A DNA stretch of 44,563 nt from a virus (taxonomy: Duplodnaviria > Caudoviricetes). The notes below the pieces were generated by a model. It searched no databases and was not told the origin of the DNA. It worked only from the letters and a program-made list of their open reading frames with translations. The DNA lies in IMG/VR virus record IMGVR_UViG_3300037424_001871, positions 1 through 44,563 of that record; one strand, written 5' to 3'. Each line of letters begins with the position of its first letter. Position 1 is the stretch's first letter. Shown one piece after another: positions 16,348 to 24,612 of this stretch. Made by a program: the position numbers and the translations under genes.

Positions 16348-16611
16348 ATGGCAGATACAACCGGGAAAGAGCCGTGGCAGAATGATGCTGAGAAGTGGAC
16401 CTCACCACCAGTCGGTGGTGCGCAGACGGCGTACTCCTCGTATCGCGGGGGATTTCGCCAGGGAGCACCCGCACCGCCCCATTGGGACGATCTGGAGCCG
16501 TGGGTTCGTGACGCACTCAAGGCCGCCTACCTGCAAGGGGTGCTGAACGGCGCGCACAATTCCGGTCTCGACGAAGCCCTCAACTCCGGCGACGGCACGT
16601 ACCGTCCCTAA
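16348..16611 (+). CDS. Hypothetical protein
   Basis: SD AAGGA; ends LDEALNSGDGTYRP. Confidence 0.6.
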   Translation: MADTTGKEPWQNDAEKWTSPPVGGAQTAYSSYRGGFRQGAPAPPHWDDLEPWVRDALKAAYLQGVLNGAHNSGLDEALNSGDGTYRP

Positions 16612-16628
16612 CCTGTAGGATCACGCCG

Positions 16629-16829
16629 GTGACGAAGCCGAACGAGATCGATGGTTGGCTGCACAGCCTCACTTGCCCACTTGTCGTCTCGGGTGGTGCG
16701 GATCAATGCGACTGCCATCCGGTCGATATGTCGAAGGCAATGTGCGGCGCCGACATGTTGCGGATCTTCAAGCCGCTTCCGCCGGAAGAAGCTGCTGCGT
16801 TGCGGGACATGCTGGATTTGACGGAGTAG
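16629..16829 (+). CDS. Hypothetical protein
   Basis: H..C...CDC motif; GTG start. Confidence 0.45.
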   Translation: MTKPNEIDGWLHSLTCPLVVSGGADQCDCHPVDMSKAMCGADMLRIFKPLPPEEAAALRDMLDLTE

Positions 16830-16832
16830 GCC

Positions 16833-17012
16833 CTGTCCACCTACGCCGCCACCAGCCGCGCTGACGGCCGCGAGATCACGATCGAGGCCAACAACCAGAA
16901 CGAGGCCATAGTGATCTGCCGGACGAACCACTGGCGCTATGACGGACAGCTTCGCCACCCGCTGGATCAAGGCGAACTGTTCGCCGAACTGCGTCGTCAC
17001 GGGCTGCTCTAG
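16833..17012 (+). CDS. Hypothetical protein with apparent CTG start (59 aa)
   Basis: Open frame with strong GC3 bias, SD GGAG 6 nt upstream, ends just before the terminator. Confidence 0.4.
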   Translation: MSTYAATSRADGREITIEANNQNEAIVICRTNHWRYDGQLRHPLDQGELFAELRRHGLL

Positions 17013-17031
17013 CCGCCAGCCTAGAACGACG

Positions 17032-17057
17032 AAAAGCCCCGCGCCGGAGCGCGGGGC
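17032..17057 (-). terminator. Intrinsic terminator ending the lysis operon
   Basis: 9-bp stem GCCCCGCGC/GCGCGGGGC with a 4-nt loop and TTTT on the minus strand, between convergent genes. Confidence 0.75.
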
Positions 17058-17084
17058 CTGGAAACGTCGGATTGAGAAGACGGG

Positions 17085-17465
17085 CTAGGGCTGCTCGTTC
17101 AGATCGCAAGCCACCTCGCCGGCGCACGCCGAGTATCCCACCATGTCGACCGAGTCTTCCGGATTGAAAGCGCCATGCTGCGTGCGCGCGATCTTCAGCA
17201 ACACCATCATGTGGGCGTGATCGACGATCGTCAGGGGGGCGGCGGGGTCGCGGCGGATCTGGAGATAGGCGTTCCACAACGTCACGATGTTTTCGAAGTT
17301 CTTGCGTTTCGTTCCGTGCTGGACCTCGCGATCGCCACCAACGAGGTCGGCGGCGCGCTCGGTCAGGACGGGAGCAACCGCACTTTCGATCACTGGACCG
17401 TAGTTCAGTCCTGTGATCGCAAACGCGAAGAGCAGGACAAATGCGAGGAACAAGCGCAACATCAT
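17085..17465 (-). CDS. DUF6378-like domain protein with N-terminal TM segment
   Basis: GDREVQHG...NFENIVTLWNAYL...MMVLLKIAR...EDSVDMVGYSAC signature after a hydrophobic leader. Confidence 0.7.
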   Translation of the reverse strand: MMLRLFLAFVLLFAFAITGLNYGPVIESAVAPVLTERAADLVGGDREVQHGTKRKNFENIVTLWNAYLQIRRDPAAPLTIVDHAHMMVLLKIARTQHGAFNPEDSVDMVGYSACAGEVACDLNEQP

Positions 17466-17662
17466 CCGCCTCCGGTTAGTTTCAATCCGCCGGTCAGGGC
17501 GAAATTTAGAAATGCCAGGATCACGGCTCCGCCGATGGTTATTGCCAGCCACCTGAATATGGACTTGATGTCGCTTACTTCGCGCTCAAGCGTCTTGAGC
17601 CGCTCATCGATACGGGCAAGCGTAATGCGCTCACTTTCGTCGTCCGTAGCGATTGGTGCCAT
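17462..17662 (-). CDS. XhlA/holin-like small membrane protein
   Basis: Coiled coil followed by a C-terminal TM segment. Confidence 0.6.
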   Translation of the reverse strand: MAPIATDDESERITLARIDERLKTLEREVSDIKSIFRWLAITIGGAVILAFLNFALTGGLKLTGGG

Positions 17663-17839
17663 TCATGCCCCCGTGTCAGCCGTTCTATGTGTCATGGGAT
17701 TCGCGGTTAAGGCGCATGACCTGTAAGCTTCCTCCGCCCATGTGTGGGTGCGGGGGTGGCGTTCGGCATCCTAGGGCCGGGCGTCATGCGTAGTTCACAG
17801 CTACGTAGTGCGGCTGTTAGCGCAGCCGTGCCCCTCGCC

Positions 17840-18310
17840 TTACTTGCCGAGGGACTTGATCTTGTCGGCAAGGCCGCCGGCGCCCGGCCCCGCCCGCAGC
17901 ACGATCGGCCCGGCACCGAGGCAGAAGGCGAGCAGCAGGTAGGCCCATTCAACCGTTGCGCCGCTCGACGGCCAGTCGCCGGCCTTACCGTGGGTCAGAT
18001 AGAGTAGGGCCGAGATGCCGAACTGGTGCCACACCAGGACGAATAGTTCGACCAGAACCACGGTCGCCCACACCCGCGCCATCAGCTTGTTGTGGCCGAT
18101 GGTCTCCATGGCGCTGGCGTAGGTCTTGGCGATCGCCTCGGCGTCGGCGACCGAGATCTTGGTAAAGGCGTCGAGGACGGCCTTCTTGACCCCGGCCTCC
18201 AGTTCTTCGCGCGTGATCTGCTTGTTGAGGTACTGCTCGGCAAGCTTGGTCACGTCGGGGATGAGGTGTGGCAGGATCAGCGGGGCGACTGCCATAAGGG
18301 CTGCGAGCAT
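17840..18310 (-). CDS. Holin-like membrane protein (3TM type)
   Basis: Several TM segments; located in the lysis cassette. Confidence 0.6.
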   Translation of the reverse strand: MLAALMAVAPLILPHLIPDVTKLAEQYLNKQITREELEAGVKKAVLDAFTKISVADAEAIAKTYASAMETIGHNKLMARVWATVVLVELFVLVWHQFGISALLYLTHGKAGDWPSSGATVEWAYLLLAFCLGAGPIVLRAGPGAGGLADKIKSLGK

Positions 18311-18714
18311 CAGACCTTCTCCCCGGCGGTCTTGCTGACGACGGCAGCGGGCACGTCGGCCGCCTTCGTGATGGTGACCGTGCCGGCCGCCTTGTCCACC
18401 TCGACGGCGTCGGCGGTCTTGATCGGCAGCATGACCGTGCTGAGGTCGTCGGCGGTCTTGACGCCGAGGTCGTGCGGTTCGCGCGCGCGGCGGGCATACT
18501 CGGTCGCAAACCCCGCCAGCACCACAAGCAGCGGCCACCACTTCGCCAGGCCGAACGCATCGACGAGCTGCTTCAGAAGCGCCGGGTCGGTGAGCGACAA
18601 TGCCGCAACGGCGGCGCCGATCAGCATCTGCAGCCGAGCCCAGAAGATCGATTCGCTGTCGTGGAACCAGACGCGTATCCTGTCCCAGAGGCTTTCCTTC
18701 GGGATGTCGCTCAT
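18310..18714 (-). CDS. Membrane protein of the lysis cassette
   Basis: Two TM segments (IFWARLQMLIGAAVAAL; WWPLLVVLAGFATEYAR). Confidence 0.65.
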   Translation of the reverse strand: MSDIPKESLWDRIRVWFHDSESIFWARLQMLIGAAVAALSLTDPALLKQLVDAFGLAKWWPLLVVLAGFATEYARRAREPHDLGVKTADDLSTVMLPIKTADAVEVDKAAGTVTITKAADVPAAVVSKTAGEKV

Positions 18715-18730
18715 GTTCGGTTTGTCCTTT

Positions 18731-19042
18731 TCAGGCTTGGGTGAAGACGCCATCCGTCAGCCAGCCATGCCAGTGCGGCTGGCCATCGTGGCCGTGAAGG
18801 AGGATCGACGGGCGGACGGTCGGCTTGTAGGTGAGACGGTTCCAACTCCATCCGCCGGGGCCGACGCTCACGCCACCAAGAGCTCCGCATCCGCATGGGC
18901 AGAAGAAGTTGAAGCCGGCCGGATGAAGGTCGCCGCTGTCGTAGAACTTCATGGCGCCAGGCAAAGCGAGTTGGTGACCGTCGGGAAACAGATCGTCGAC
19001 CACGGTTGCCGCGACCGGCGCGGGGAGGCGGGCCTCAGCCAT
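18731..19042 (-). CDS. DUF6527-like metal-binding protein
   Basis: FCPCGCG...WSWN...PTVRPSI...HWHGWLTDG. Confidence 0.65.
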   Translation of the reverse strand: MAEARLPAPVAATVVDDLFPDGHQLALPGAMKFYDSGDLHPAGFNFFCPCGCGALGGVSVGPGGWSWNRLTYKPTVRPSILLHGHDGQPHWHGWLTDGVFTQA

Positions 19043-19046
19043 CGGC

Positions 19047-19973
19047 TTACGCCGCCGTCCGCTTGCGCAGGATGACGCCGCGATAGCGCCAAACGAGGTA
19101 GGCAACGAGGAGCACGGCGCCGATGGCCAGCCCCCATTCGAGCCCGGTGATGAGCGCGCTCCAGTCGATCTGGCCGCCCTGCTGAGCGGCCTCAGCGCCG
19201 CCGCCAGCGGCAGCGCCTCCGGCCGTGGTGGCAGTGCCCGCCTGGCCGGCGGCCCTCGCCTCCACGGCCCGCGCCAGCGCCGCACGGGTGGCCGGCCCGA
19301 CCTCGCCATCGACGATAAGGCCGTTCGCGCGCTGGAAGTTCATCACGGCGCCTTCGGTGAGCGAGCCCTTGCCGGCCTTGCCGTCGATCGCGCCCGTGTA
19401 GAGGCCGAGCGTGGTGAGCTGGATCTGATAGGCCTTCACGTCGGCGCTCGCGGTCGAGACCGAGGCGGCCCCGGTGCCGTAGTCGCCGCTCTCCATGAGC
19501 CGCGCCTCCGCCGCCCGGCGGCGCTTGAGCCCGGTGAGCGTCTTGCCCCCGGCGGTGACTGCGGTGGTGCGCAGCTTGGCGGCAGCCGTCGCGATCTGGC
19601 GACCGGCGAGCGCCGTCGCCCATTGCCACTTGAGCGCGCCCGGCCCGCAATTGAAGCTCATGTCGGTGGCGGTATCGAACTCGTGCTGCGCGATGCCGGT
19701 CCCGGCGAAGCGTTTGGCGACCGGCGGGGCGTATTCCGCCTCGATCAACTTGCCGAGCAGTAGGTCGCACTCGGCGTCGGTGATGATGTCGCCCATCTTG
19801 AGCCTGTGACCGCGCGTCTTCAGCCACCATTCGGCGAAGACCTTGGAGAGCCCGGTGAAGCCGATACCGATGGTCACCACGCCGCCGGAATCGCGATAGG
19901 CCTTGTGAACCTTGCCTTCGTGGCGCGCGGTGAACGGGATCAGCGCAGCCGAGGCCGTCGTGGTGTCGGTCAT
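19047..19973 (-). CDS. Endolysin: GH24 lysozyme + peptidoglycan-binding domain + C-terminal TM
   Basis: HEG...AYRDSGGVVTIGIG catalytic motif; GLKRRRAAEA; FQRANGLIVDGEVGPAT PG-binding motif. Confidence 0.9.
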   Translation of the reverse strand: MTDTTTASAALIPFTARHEGKVHKAYRDSGGVVTIGIGFTGLSKVFAEWWLKTRGHRLKMGDIITDAECDLLLGKLIEAEYAPPVAKRFAGTGIAQHEFDTATDMSFNCGPGALKWQWATALAGRQIATAAAKLRTTAVTAGGKTLTGLKRRRAAEARLMESGDYGTGAASVSTASADVKAYQIQLTTLGLYTGAIDGKAGKGSLTEGAVMNFQRANGLIVDGEVGPATRAALARAVEARAAGQAGTATTAGGAAAGGGAEAAQQGGQIDWSALITGLEWGLAIGAVLLVAYLVWRYRGVILRKRTAA

Positions 19974-19981
19974 GGATTACC

Positions 19982-20395
19982 TCACTTGATTGCCTCGATC
20001 CGCACGTGGGCGACGCCAGCCTTCAGGCTGAGGCCGAGCGCACGGAAGGCGCCGCGCGACAGGTCGATGCCGTTGTTGGTCCATGCCGCCGGGCCGCGAT
20101 CGTTGACCCGGCAGATGATCGAGCGGCCGGTCTTGAGATGCGTCACGCGAACGTTGTAGGGCTTGTGGCCGGCCCGGAAGCTCGGCAGGGCGCAGGTGAG
20201 CCCGTCCGGGTGAAAGGCTTCGCCGCTCGCCGTGACGCGCCCGCGCTCGTACCAGCTTGCCCGCACGACCGTGTCGGCGTTGCTCGGCAGCGTCATCCAC
20301 AGGAAGAACCCGGCGAAGGCCAGCAGGAACGCCGCAACGGCGAACGCGGTGGCGATCCAGCCTGCGGTGGGGTGCCTGAGATGGCGTGCGCTCAT
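19982..20395 (-). CDS. rlpA: RlpA-like (DPBB) lytic transglycosylase with TM anchor
   Basis: ASWY...TASGEAF...RVNDRGP...IDLSRGAF. Confidence 0.85.
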   Translation of the reverse strand: MSARHLRHPTAGWIATAFAVAAFLLAFAGFFLWMTLPSNADTVVRASWYERGRVTASGEAFHPDGLTCALPSFRAGHKPYNVRVTHLKTGRSIICRVNDRGPAAWTNNGIDLSRGAFRALGLSLKAGVAHVRIEAIK

Positions 20396-20426
20396 GCCCG
20401 CAGCATCGTCCGCTGGCGCCGGGCGG

Positions 20427-20435
20427 CAACGCACC
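20427..20435 (-). promoter_or_regulatory. GGTGCGTTG late-promoter motif (lysis operon)
   Basis: Motif, 19 nt, GATGCT, 6 nt, ATG (leaderless). Confidence 0.7.
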
Positions 20436-20576
20436 GCGCCGATCCAGCCCATAGGGGATGGACGCGGCGGGGAGGCCGTGCGCGGCATGGACATGCCTCG
20501 ATTGTCAGGGTTTCAGAGCGCCCTAGCGCGCGATGGCAAGGGTTGCTACATTGCGCGGATGACTGGAGAAAACGAT

Positions 20577-20756
20577 ATGTGGATTGTCGATGTCCGTCTT
20601 GCGGAGCCGGGGTTTCCGCCCCGCAACGTCAGAACGCAGCTACCAGCACGGACGCCCGTCATCGCTTTGCGACGCGGATTAAAGGCGCTCGCTCAGCGCG
20701 GCGAGGAAATCCTAGAGGTGCAGGTCAGGCGACCCACGTCCCGGCCGGCGGCGTGA
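20577..20756 (+). CDS. Small hypothetical protein antisense to the late operons
   Basis: SD GGAG and 59-aa ORF in the gap between tail and lysis genes. Confidence 0.4.
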   Translation: MWIVDVRLAEPGFPPRNVRTQLPARTPVIALRRGLKALAQRGEEILEVQVRRPTSRPAA

Positions 20757-21516
20757 AGTTGGCGGTGTAGGGGCAGAGTCCCTTGACGATCCGCCAGCGC
20801 CGCGTGCTGCCGGCAAAGTACTTAGCTCGGTTTGCCACGCCAAAGACGGCGCCGATATTGGTCGCTGGATCGGCACTGGGCACTCCGATCGTCACCGACG
20901 CCGCTGCCGTCGTGACCGCGCCGGCGACGCTGGCGTAGAGCGTGGAGCCGCTGCGGCCGAAATAGATGTGCGTCGGCACGCCCAAGGTTATCGCGGCGGC
21001 GCTCGTGATCTGGTTGCCGGCAGACGCATCGAAGATGCCGCCCCATGCTTTTCGATTCTCATCGATCCCCATCCAGCAACCATTGTAATAGTTGCCATCA
21101 TTGCCGTACCACCACATCATGTAGTGGTTGCCGGCCGACGGGGCGGCGGCAATGGTGACTTCGCATTCGATCCCGAAAGCGCCGCTGCCGAACTGGAAAT
21201 CGGCGCTGTTCGACATGTCGAGCCAGTCGCCCGAGCCGTCCATGGCGAGCCAGCCGCCCGACACCGCGGCATTGCCGTGCGCCGTCAGCGTGCGCGCCGA
21301 TGGCGAGATATCGGTGAGGCCGGTGTCGAAGTTGCAGGCGAGCTTCGCATAGGCGCCGATCGGTACGGGTGGCGCAGTTGCCCCCCGCCGCAGCAGCGCC
21401 CGTCCCGTCCCCACCGTCAGCAGCGGCATGGCAAGCAGAGGCGAACCGTCCGGGCGCACCAGTGCCGGCGGGGCGGGCTGGATGATGGCCGGCGGCGGAA
21501 CGGCAAGGTCGAACAT
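20725..21516 (-). CDS. LamG/ConA-like lectin-domain tail or receptor-binding protein
   Basis: DGSGDWL...FQFGSGAFGIE...RWRIVKG...YTANFTPP. Confidence 0.75.
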   Translation of the reverse strand: MFDLAVPPPAIIQPAPPALVRPDGSPLLAMPLLTVGTGRALLRRGATAPPVPIGAYAKLACNFDTGLTDISPSARTLTAHGNAAVSGGWLAMDGSGDWLDMSNSADFQFGSGAFGIECEVTIAAAPSAGNHYMMWWYGNDGNYYNGCWMGIDENRKAWGGIFDASAGNQITSAAAITLGVPTHIYFGRSGSTLYASVAGAVTTAAASVTIGVPSADPATNIGAVFGVANRAKYFAGSTRRWRIVKGLCPYTANFTPPAGTWVA

Positions 21517-21923
21517 CAGACAGGCTTCTCTTCGATGGCTGCCGGCGCTGACGGCAGGGGTTCAGGCAGCGGCGCGGGCGCACGGGCTGCTTCCTTCGCC
21601 GCATCGACTTCGGCTTCCGATTCCGGCGTCACCAGCGTCTTGGCCTCGTTGTCCCACCACAGGAGCGGCTGAATGGCCTTGCCGTCGAGCGCGGTCATCA
21701 CCTTCGCCTTGCGGCCTTCGTCCAGGCTCGCCAGCATGGCCTTGCGGCCTTTCGCCTGCGCATCGGCAAGCGCGCCGATGTCGCGGGTGTAGTGGACGAC
21801 CGCGATGATAACGGCCTGCGCCTCGGCAAGCTGGGCGGCCGTCGCCGTGCCCGCCTCGACAGCATCGAACGAATTCTGGAACGCCGCCGCGTCGGCGAGC
21901 GTCATGGTGATCTTGGGCGTCAT
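21516..21923 (-). CDS. Hypothetical protein
   Basis: SD AGGAG; coupled within the tail operon. Confidence 0.65.
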   Translation of the reverse strand: MTPKITMTLADAAAFQNSFDAVEAGTATAAQLAEAQAVIIAVVHYTRDIGALADAQAKGRKAMLASLDEGRKAKVMTALDGKAIQPLLWWDNEAKTLVTPESEAEVDAAKEAARAPAPLPEPLPSAPAAIEEKPV

Positions 21924-21932
21924 GAAGGTCTC

Positions 21933-22631
21933 CTAGTCCAGCAGGGCCGAAAAGTGGAAGTTGACGTCCCCCGTGCCCGCAAGATTGAGCGTGGCCGCCC
22001 CGCGCACGATGGCGACCGCATAAAGGTCGTCGGTGCCGCTTACCGCCTTGAAGGGGATCGTCGGCGGCGCGCTCGGGATCAGCGCCGCCGGGGTGCCGAG
22101 GTCGATGCGCGTGTTGAGCTGGATCACACCGATCAGGAAATGCTCATCGGCAACGTTCAGAGCAATCGCCCCGTTGTCGGTGAAGGTGGAGTTCGATGGA
22201 TTGGTGCCGAAGATCAGCACATCGACGGTGACGCCCGCCGGGGTATCGACGTCGCACGTCATCATGCACCACGGCAGAACGCCGGTCTTGTCGACGGCGC
22301 GCGCCATGCCGTCGAGCGTCATCAGGCCGCCGAGCACGTCGTCGATGGAATAATCCGGCGAGGCCGAGACGGTCGGGGTGACGACGATGGACTTGGCCGA
22401 TGCCCCGACTTCGCCTATGTGCGTTTCGCCAGCCGGGTTTGGAATGCCGTTTGTCGCGATTGCCCGCAGTTTGGCGCTGATCGATCCGCTGACGCTCGCT
22501 GCATCGGCGTTGGCGCCGAAGGGATCGGCGGGTACGGCGTCGACGTTCTGATGCGGCGTGTGGACACCGGTATTGTCGGTCGTCTTGACCGTTGCGTCGG
22601 CACCGGTACGGACGCCAAGATTATTTGCCAT
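21933..22631 (-). CDS. Putative virion/tail protein
   Basis: Beta-rich ORF in the tail operon. Confidence 0.65.
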   Translation of the reverse strand: MANNLGVRTGADATVKTTDNTGVHTPHQNVDAVPADPFGANADAASVSGSISAKLRAIATNGIPNPAGETHIGEVGASAKSIVVTPTVSASPDYSIDDVLGGLMTLDGMARAVDKTGVLPWCMMTCDVDTPAGVTVDVLIFGTNPSNSTFTDNGAIALNVADEHFLIGVIQLNTRIDLGTPAALIPSAPPTIPFKAVSGTDDLYAVAIVRGAATLNLAGTGDVNFHFSALLD

Positions 22632-22637
22632 TGTCGA

Positions 22638-23324
22638 TCACCACCACCAGAAGTTTTCGTCCCAGTCGCCGCCGGTCGTCGCGTTGACGCCAACAGCGAC
22701 GAAGCTTGTTTGCGCCGAAAAAGTTGCGGCACCGAGGCCCGCCTTGATCCCGAGCGCGGCGAAAGCTGCCTCGGCGCCGAAAGGCGCGGCGCCCAATGCC
22801 TTTTTGATGCTGACGATCGTCAGGCTGGCGACCGCGCGGAACGTCGCGGCCGTGGCACCGCTGCCGGACGCCACGAAGGAAGCGAGCGCGGTCATGGGCG
22901 CACTGCCAAACGAACGCTTGAGCCCGGCGGCGGCGAAGCTGGCGGCAGCGCTGAAGGTGGCGGCACCGAGCCGCACGGTATAGGCGCCGACGACATAGGC
23001 CGCGCGCGCCCTGAACGTCACCGCGCCGAAGGATTTATGCAAGCCGGCCGCCGCGAACGACACAATGGTCTTGAAATCCGGGTGCCCGCCGATCAGCGCG
23101 AAGCCTTCCGCGACGAAGGTCACCACGCTCGAGAACGTCGCCTGCCAGATGCGCAGCGGCACATTGAACCCGCCGACGCGGAAGCGGCTGAGGCGCCCGC
23201 TTGCGGCGCGCTCGATGTCGCCTTGCGCGTCATTGCCGATCGAACCGCTGGCAGTGACGCCGCCGGCCGATCCGCCAACGTCGAGGAAAGGAACGCTGCC
23301 CTGGCCGATCTTGCGGTCCACCAT
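22638..23324 (-). CDS. Putative tail fibre/adaptor with Ala-rich repeats
   Basis: Repeated GAATFSA-like units. Confidence 0.6.
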   Translation of the reverse strand: MVDRKIGQGSVPFLDVGGSAGGVTASGSIGNDAQGDIERAASGRLSRFRVGGFNVPLRIWQATFSSVVTFVAEGFALIGGHPDFKTIVSFAAAGLHKSFGAVTFRARAAYVVGAYTVRLGAATFSAAASFAAAGLKRSFGSAPMTALASFVASGSGATAATFRAVASLTIVSIKKALGAAPFGAEAAFAALGIKAGLGAATFSAQTSFVAVGVNATTGGDWDENFWWW

Positions 23325-23328
23325 GGCG

Positions 23329-23694
23329 CTACGCCGGGTCGGCGGCCTCGAAATAGGTGACGGTGGCTTGCACGACGTAGTTGCCCTGGGCGGCGAACGT
23401 CTCGCTGGTCACCTGGTGCTTGCCGCGGAAGGTGCCGGCCGTTTCTGCCGTCCACAGGCCAACCCATGCGACCGTCGCGGCTGGCACGTCAAAGGTGAGG
23501 TCGGAGGCGAGAACCCGCTTGCCGCCGGACGCCGCAGAGAATGTGCCCTGCTTGCGGGCATAGGCCGGCGTGCCGCCGGTGATCTCGCTGGTGCCGGTGG
23601 TGCCGGGGTCGGCGCTGTGCAAGGACAACCACGTCGCGTCGGCAACGGCAGCATCGAGCATGAGGTGCCTCATGCTCTCCATGAAGATGCCCAT
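23329..23694 (-). CDS. Putative minor tail protein
   Basis: LSLHSADPGTTGTSEITGGTPAYARK...FDVPA motif common in phage tail-fibre/baseplate proteins. Confidence 0.7.
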   Translation of the reverse strand: MGIFMESMRHLMLDAAVADATWLSLHSADPGTTGTSEITGGTPAYARKQGTFSAASGGKRVLASDLTFDVPAATVAWVGLWTAETAGTFRGKHQVTSETFAAQGNYVVQATVTYFEAADPA

Positions 23695-23695
23695 G

Positions 23696-24076
23696 TCAGG
23701 TCTCCGTGAACATCGACGGCTCGATCTGGGCCGGGCCGTAGAATTGGGTTGCGGTGGCTTCAGCAAGCGCCACTTCGCACTCGTGCCAGAAGCGGCCGGG
23801 CGCGAACGGGTCGGGGTCGGCCGGCGGCAGCGGGGCGCGGAACTGAATGCGAATGCGGCCGGCTGACGCCGATGTGACCGTGATGTCGCCGTAGTCGTTT
23901 GCGGTCAGCGAAAGCGTCGCCAGGCGTTCGCCGCCTCGCGTTTTCGAAATCGCCCAGCGGATATCGTCTCCGGTGAGCCCGGTCAGGTTGGCCGCCGCGC
24001 CGTCGAGCCCCTTGATCGTGGCGTCGACGGTCAACATCGAGTTGCGCTTGAAGCTGACGAGGTCGAGCGGGTCCAT
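23696..24076 (-). CDS. BppU-like N-terminal (baseplate/fibre attachment) domain protein
   Basis: Ig-like beta pattern; first gene after a late motif. Confidence 0.55.
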   Translation of the reverse strand: MDPLDLVSFKRNSMLTVDATIKGLDGAAANLTGLTGDDIRWAISKTRGGERLATLSLTANDYGDITVTSASAGRIRIQFRAPLPPADPDPFAPGRFWHECEVALAEATATQFYGPAQIEPSMFTET

Positions 24077-24109
24077 GGCGGCAAGGGTGGCCGCGCCGGC
24101 CTATCGCAT

Positions 24110-24135
24110 CAACGCACCCATTCGGCGGTGCGTTG
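24110..24135. promoter_or_regulatory. Back-to-back GGTGCGTTG late promoters
   Basis: 24110-24118 (-) and 24127-24135 (+), each exactly 33 nt from its ATG (24076 and 24169). Confidence 0.75.
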
Positions 24136-24168
24136 CCCGACAGGCTTCAGCCTTCGATCATCCGGGCC

Positions 24169-24609
24169 ATGGGTGATCCGGTTTCCATGATGGTCGTGGC
24201 GGCTGGCGCGAGCACGGCGTCCGGCCTGTTCAGCGCCAGCGGCCAGGCGCAAGCAACCTCCTACCAGTCCGCCCAGGCGGCCGTTGCGGCGCGGCGCGGC
24301 AAGATCGCCGCAGCCGAAACCGACACCACGCTTCGCCAGAACCTTCAGGACACGATCGGCAACATCCGCGCGATCCGCGCCTCGGCCGGCATCGACCCCA
24401 ACAGCCCGACGACGCAGGCGATCATCGCCAGCGAAAGCGCGAAATCCGAGCGCAGCCGCCGCATTCAGGTCGCCAACGCTGAAGCGCAGGTCGCCGCGGA
24501 CGAATGGAGCTCGCGCACGCTCAGCAGGATTTCCGGCGATCAGTGGCTCTATGGCTCGCTCGGGGCGCTGGCCGGCGGCGCCGGATCCTTTGCCAAAATG
24601 GCGGCCTGA
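24169..24609 (+). CDS. Internal virion (ejection) protein, small
   Basis: Gly/Ala-rich ends and IRAIRASAGID motif, like T7 gp14-type proteins. Confidence 0.7.
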   Translation: MGDPVSMMVVAAGASTASGLFSASGQAQATSYQSAQAAVAARRGKIAAAETDTTLRQNLQDTIGNIRAIRASAGIDPNSPTTQAIIASESAKSERSRRIQVANAEAQVAADEWSSRTLSRISGDQWLYGSLGALAGGAGSFAKMAA

Positions 24610-24612
24610 GCC

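Noticed and set aside
20725-24076. BPP-1-type diversity-generating retroelement
   Set aside because: No reverse transcriptase ORF and no TR/VR repeat pair seen, despite the BPP-1-like head genes.
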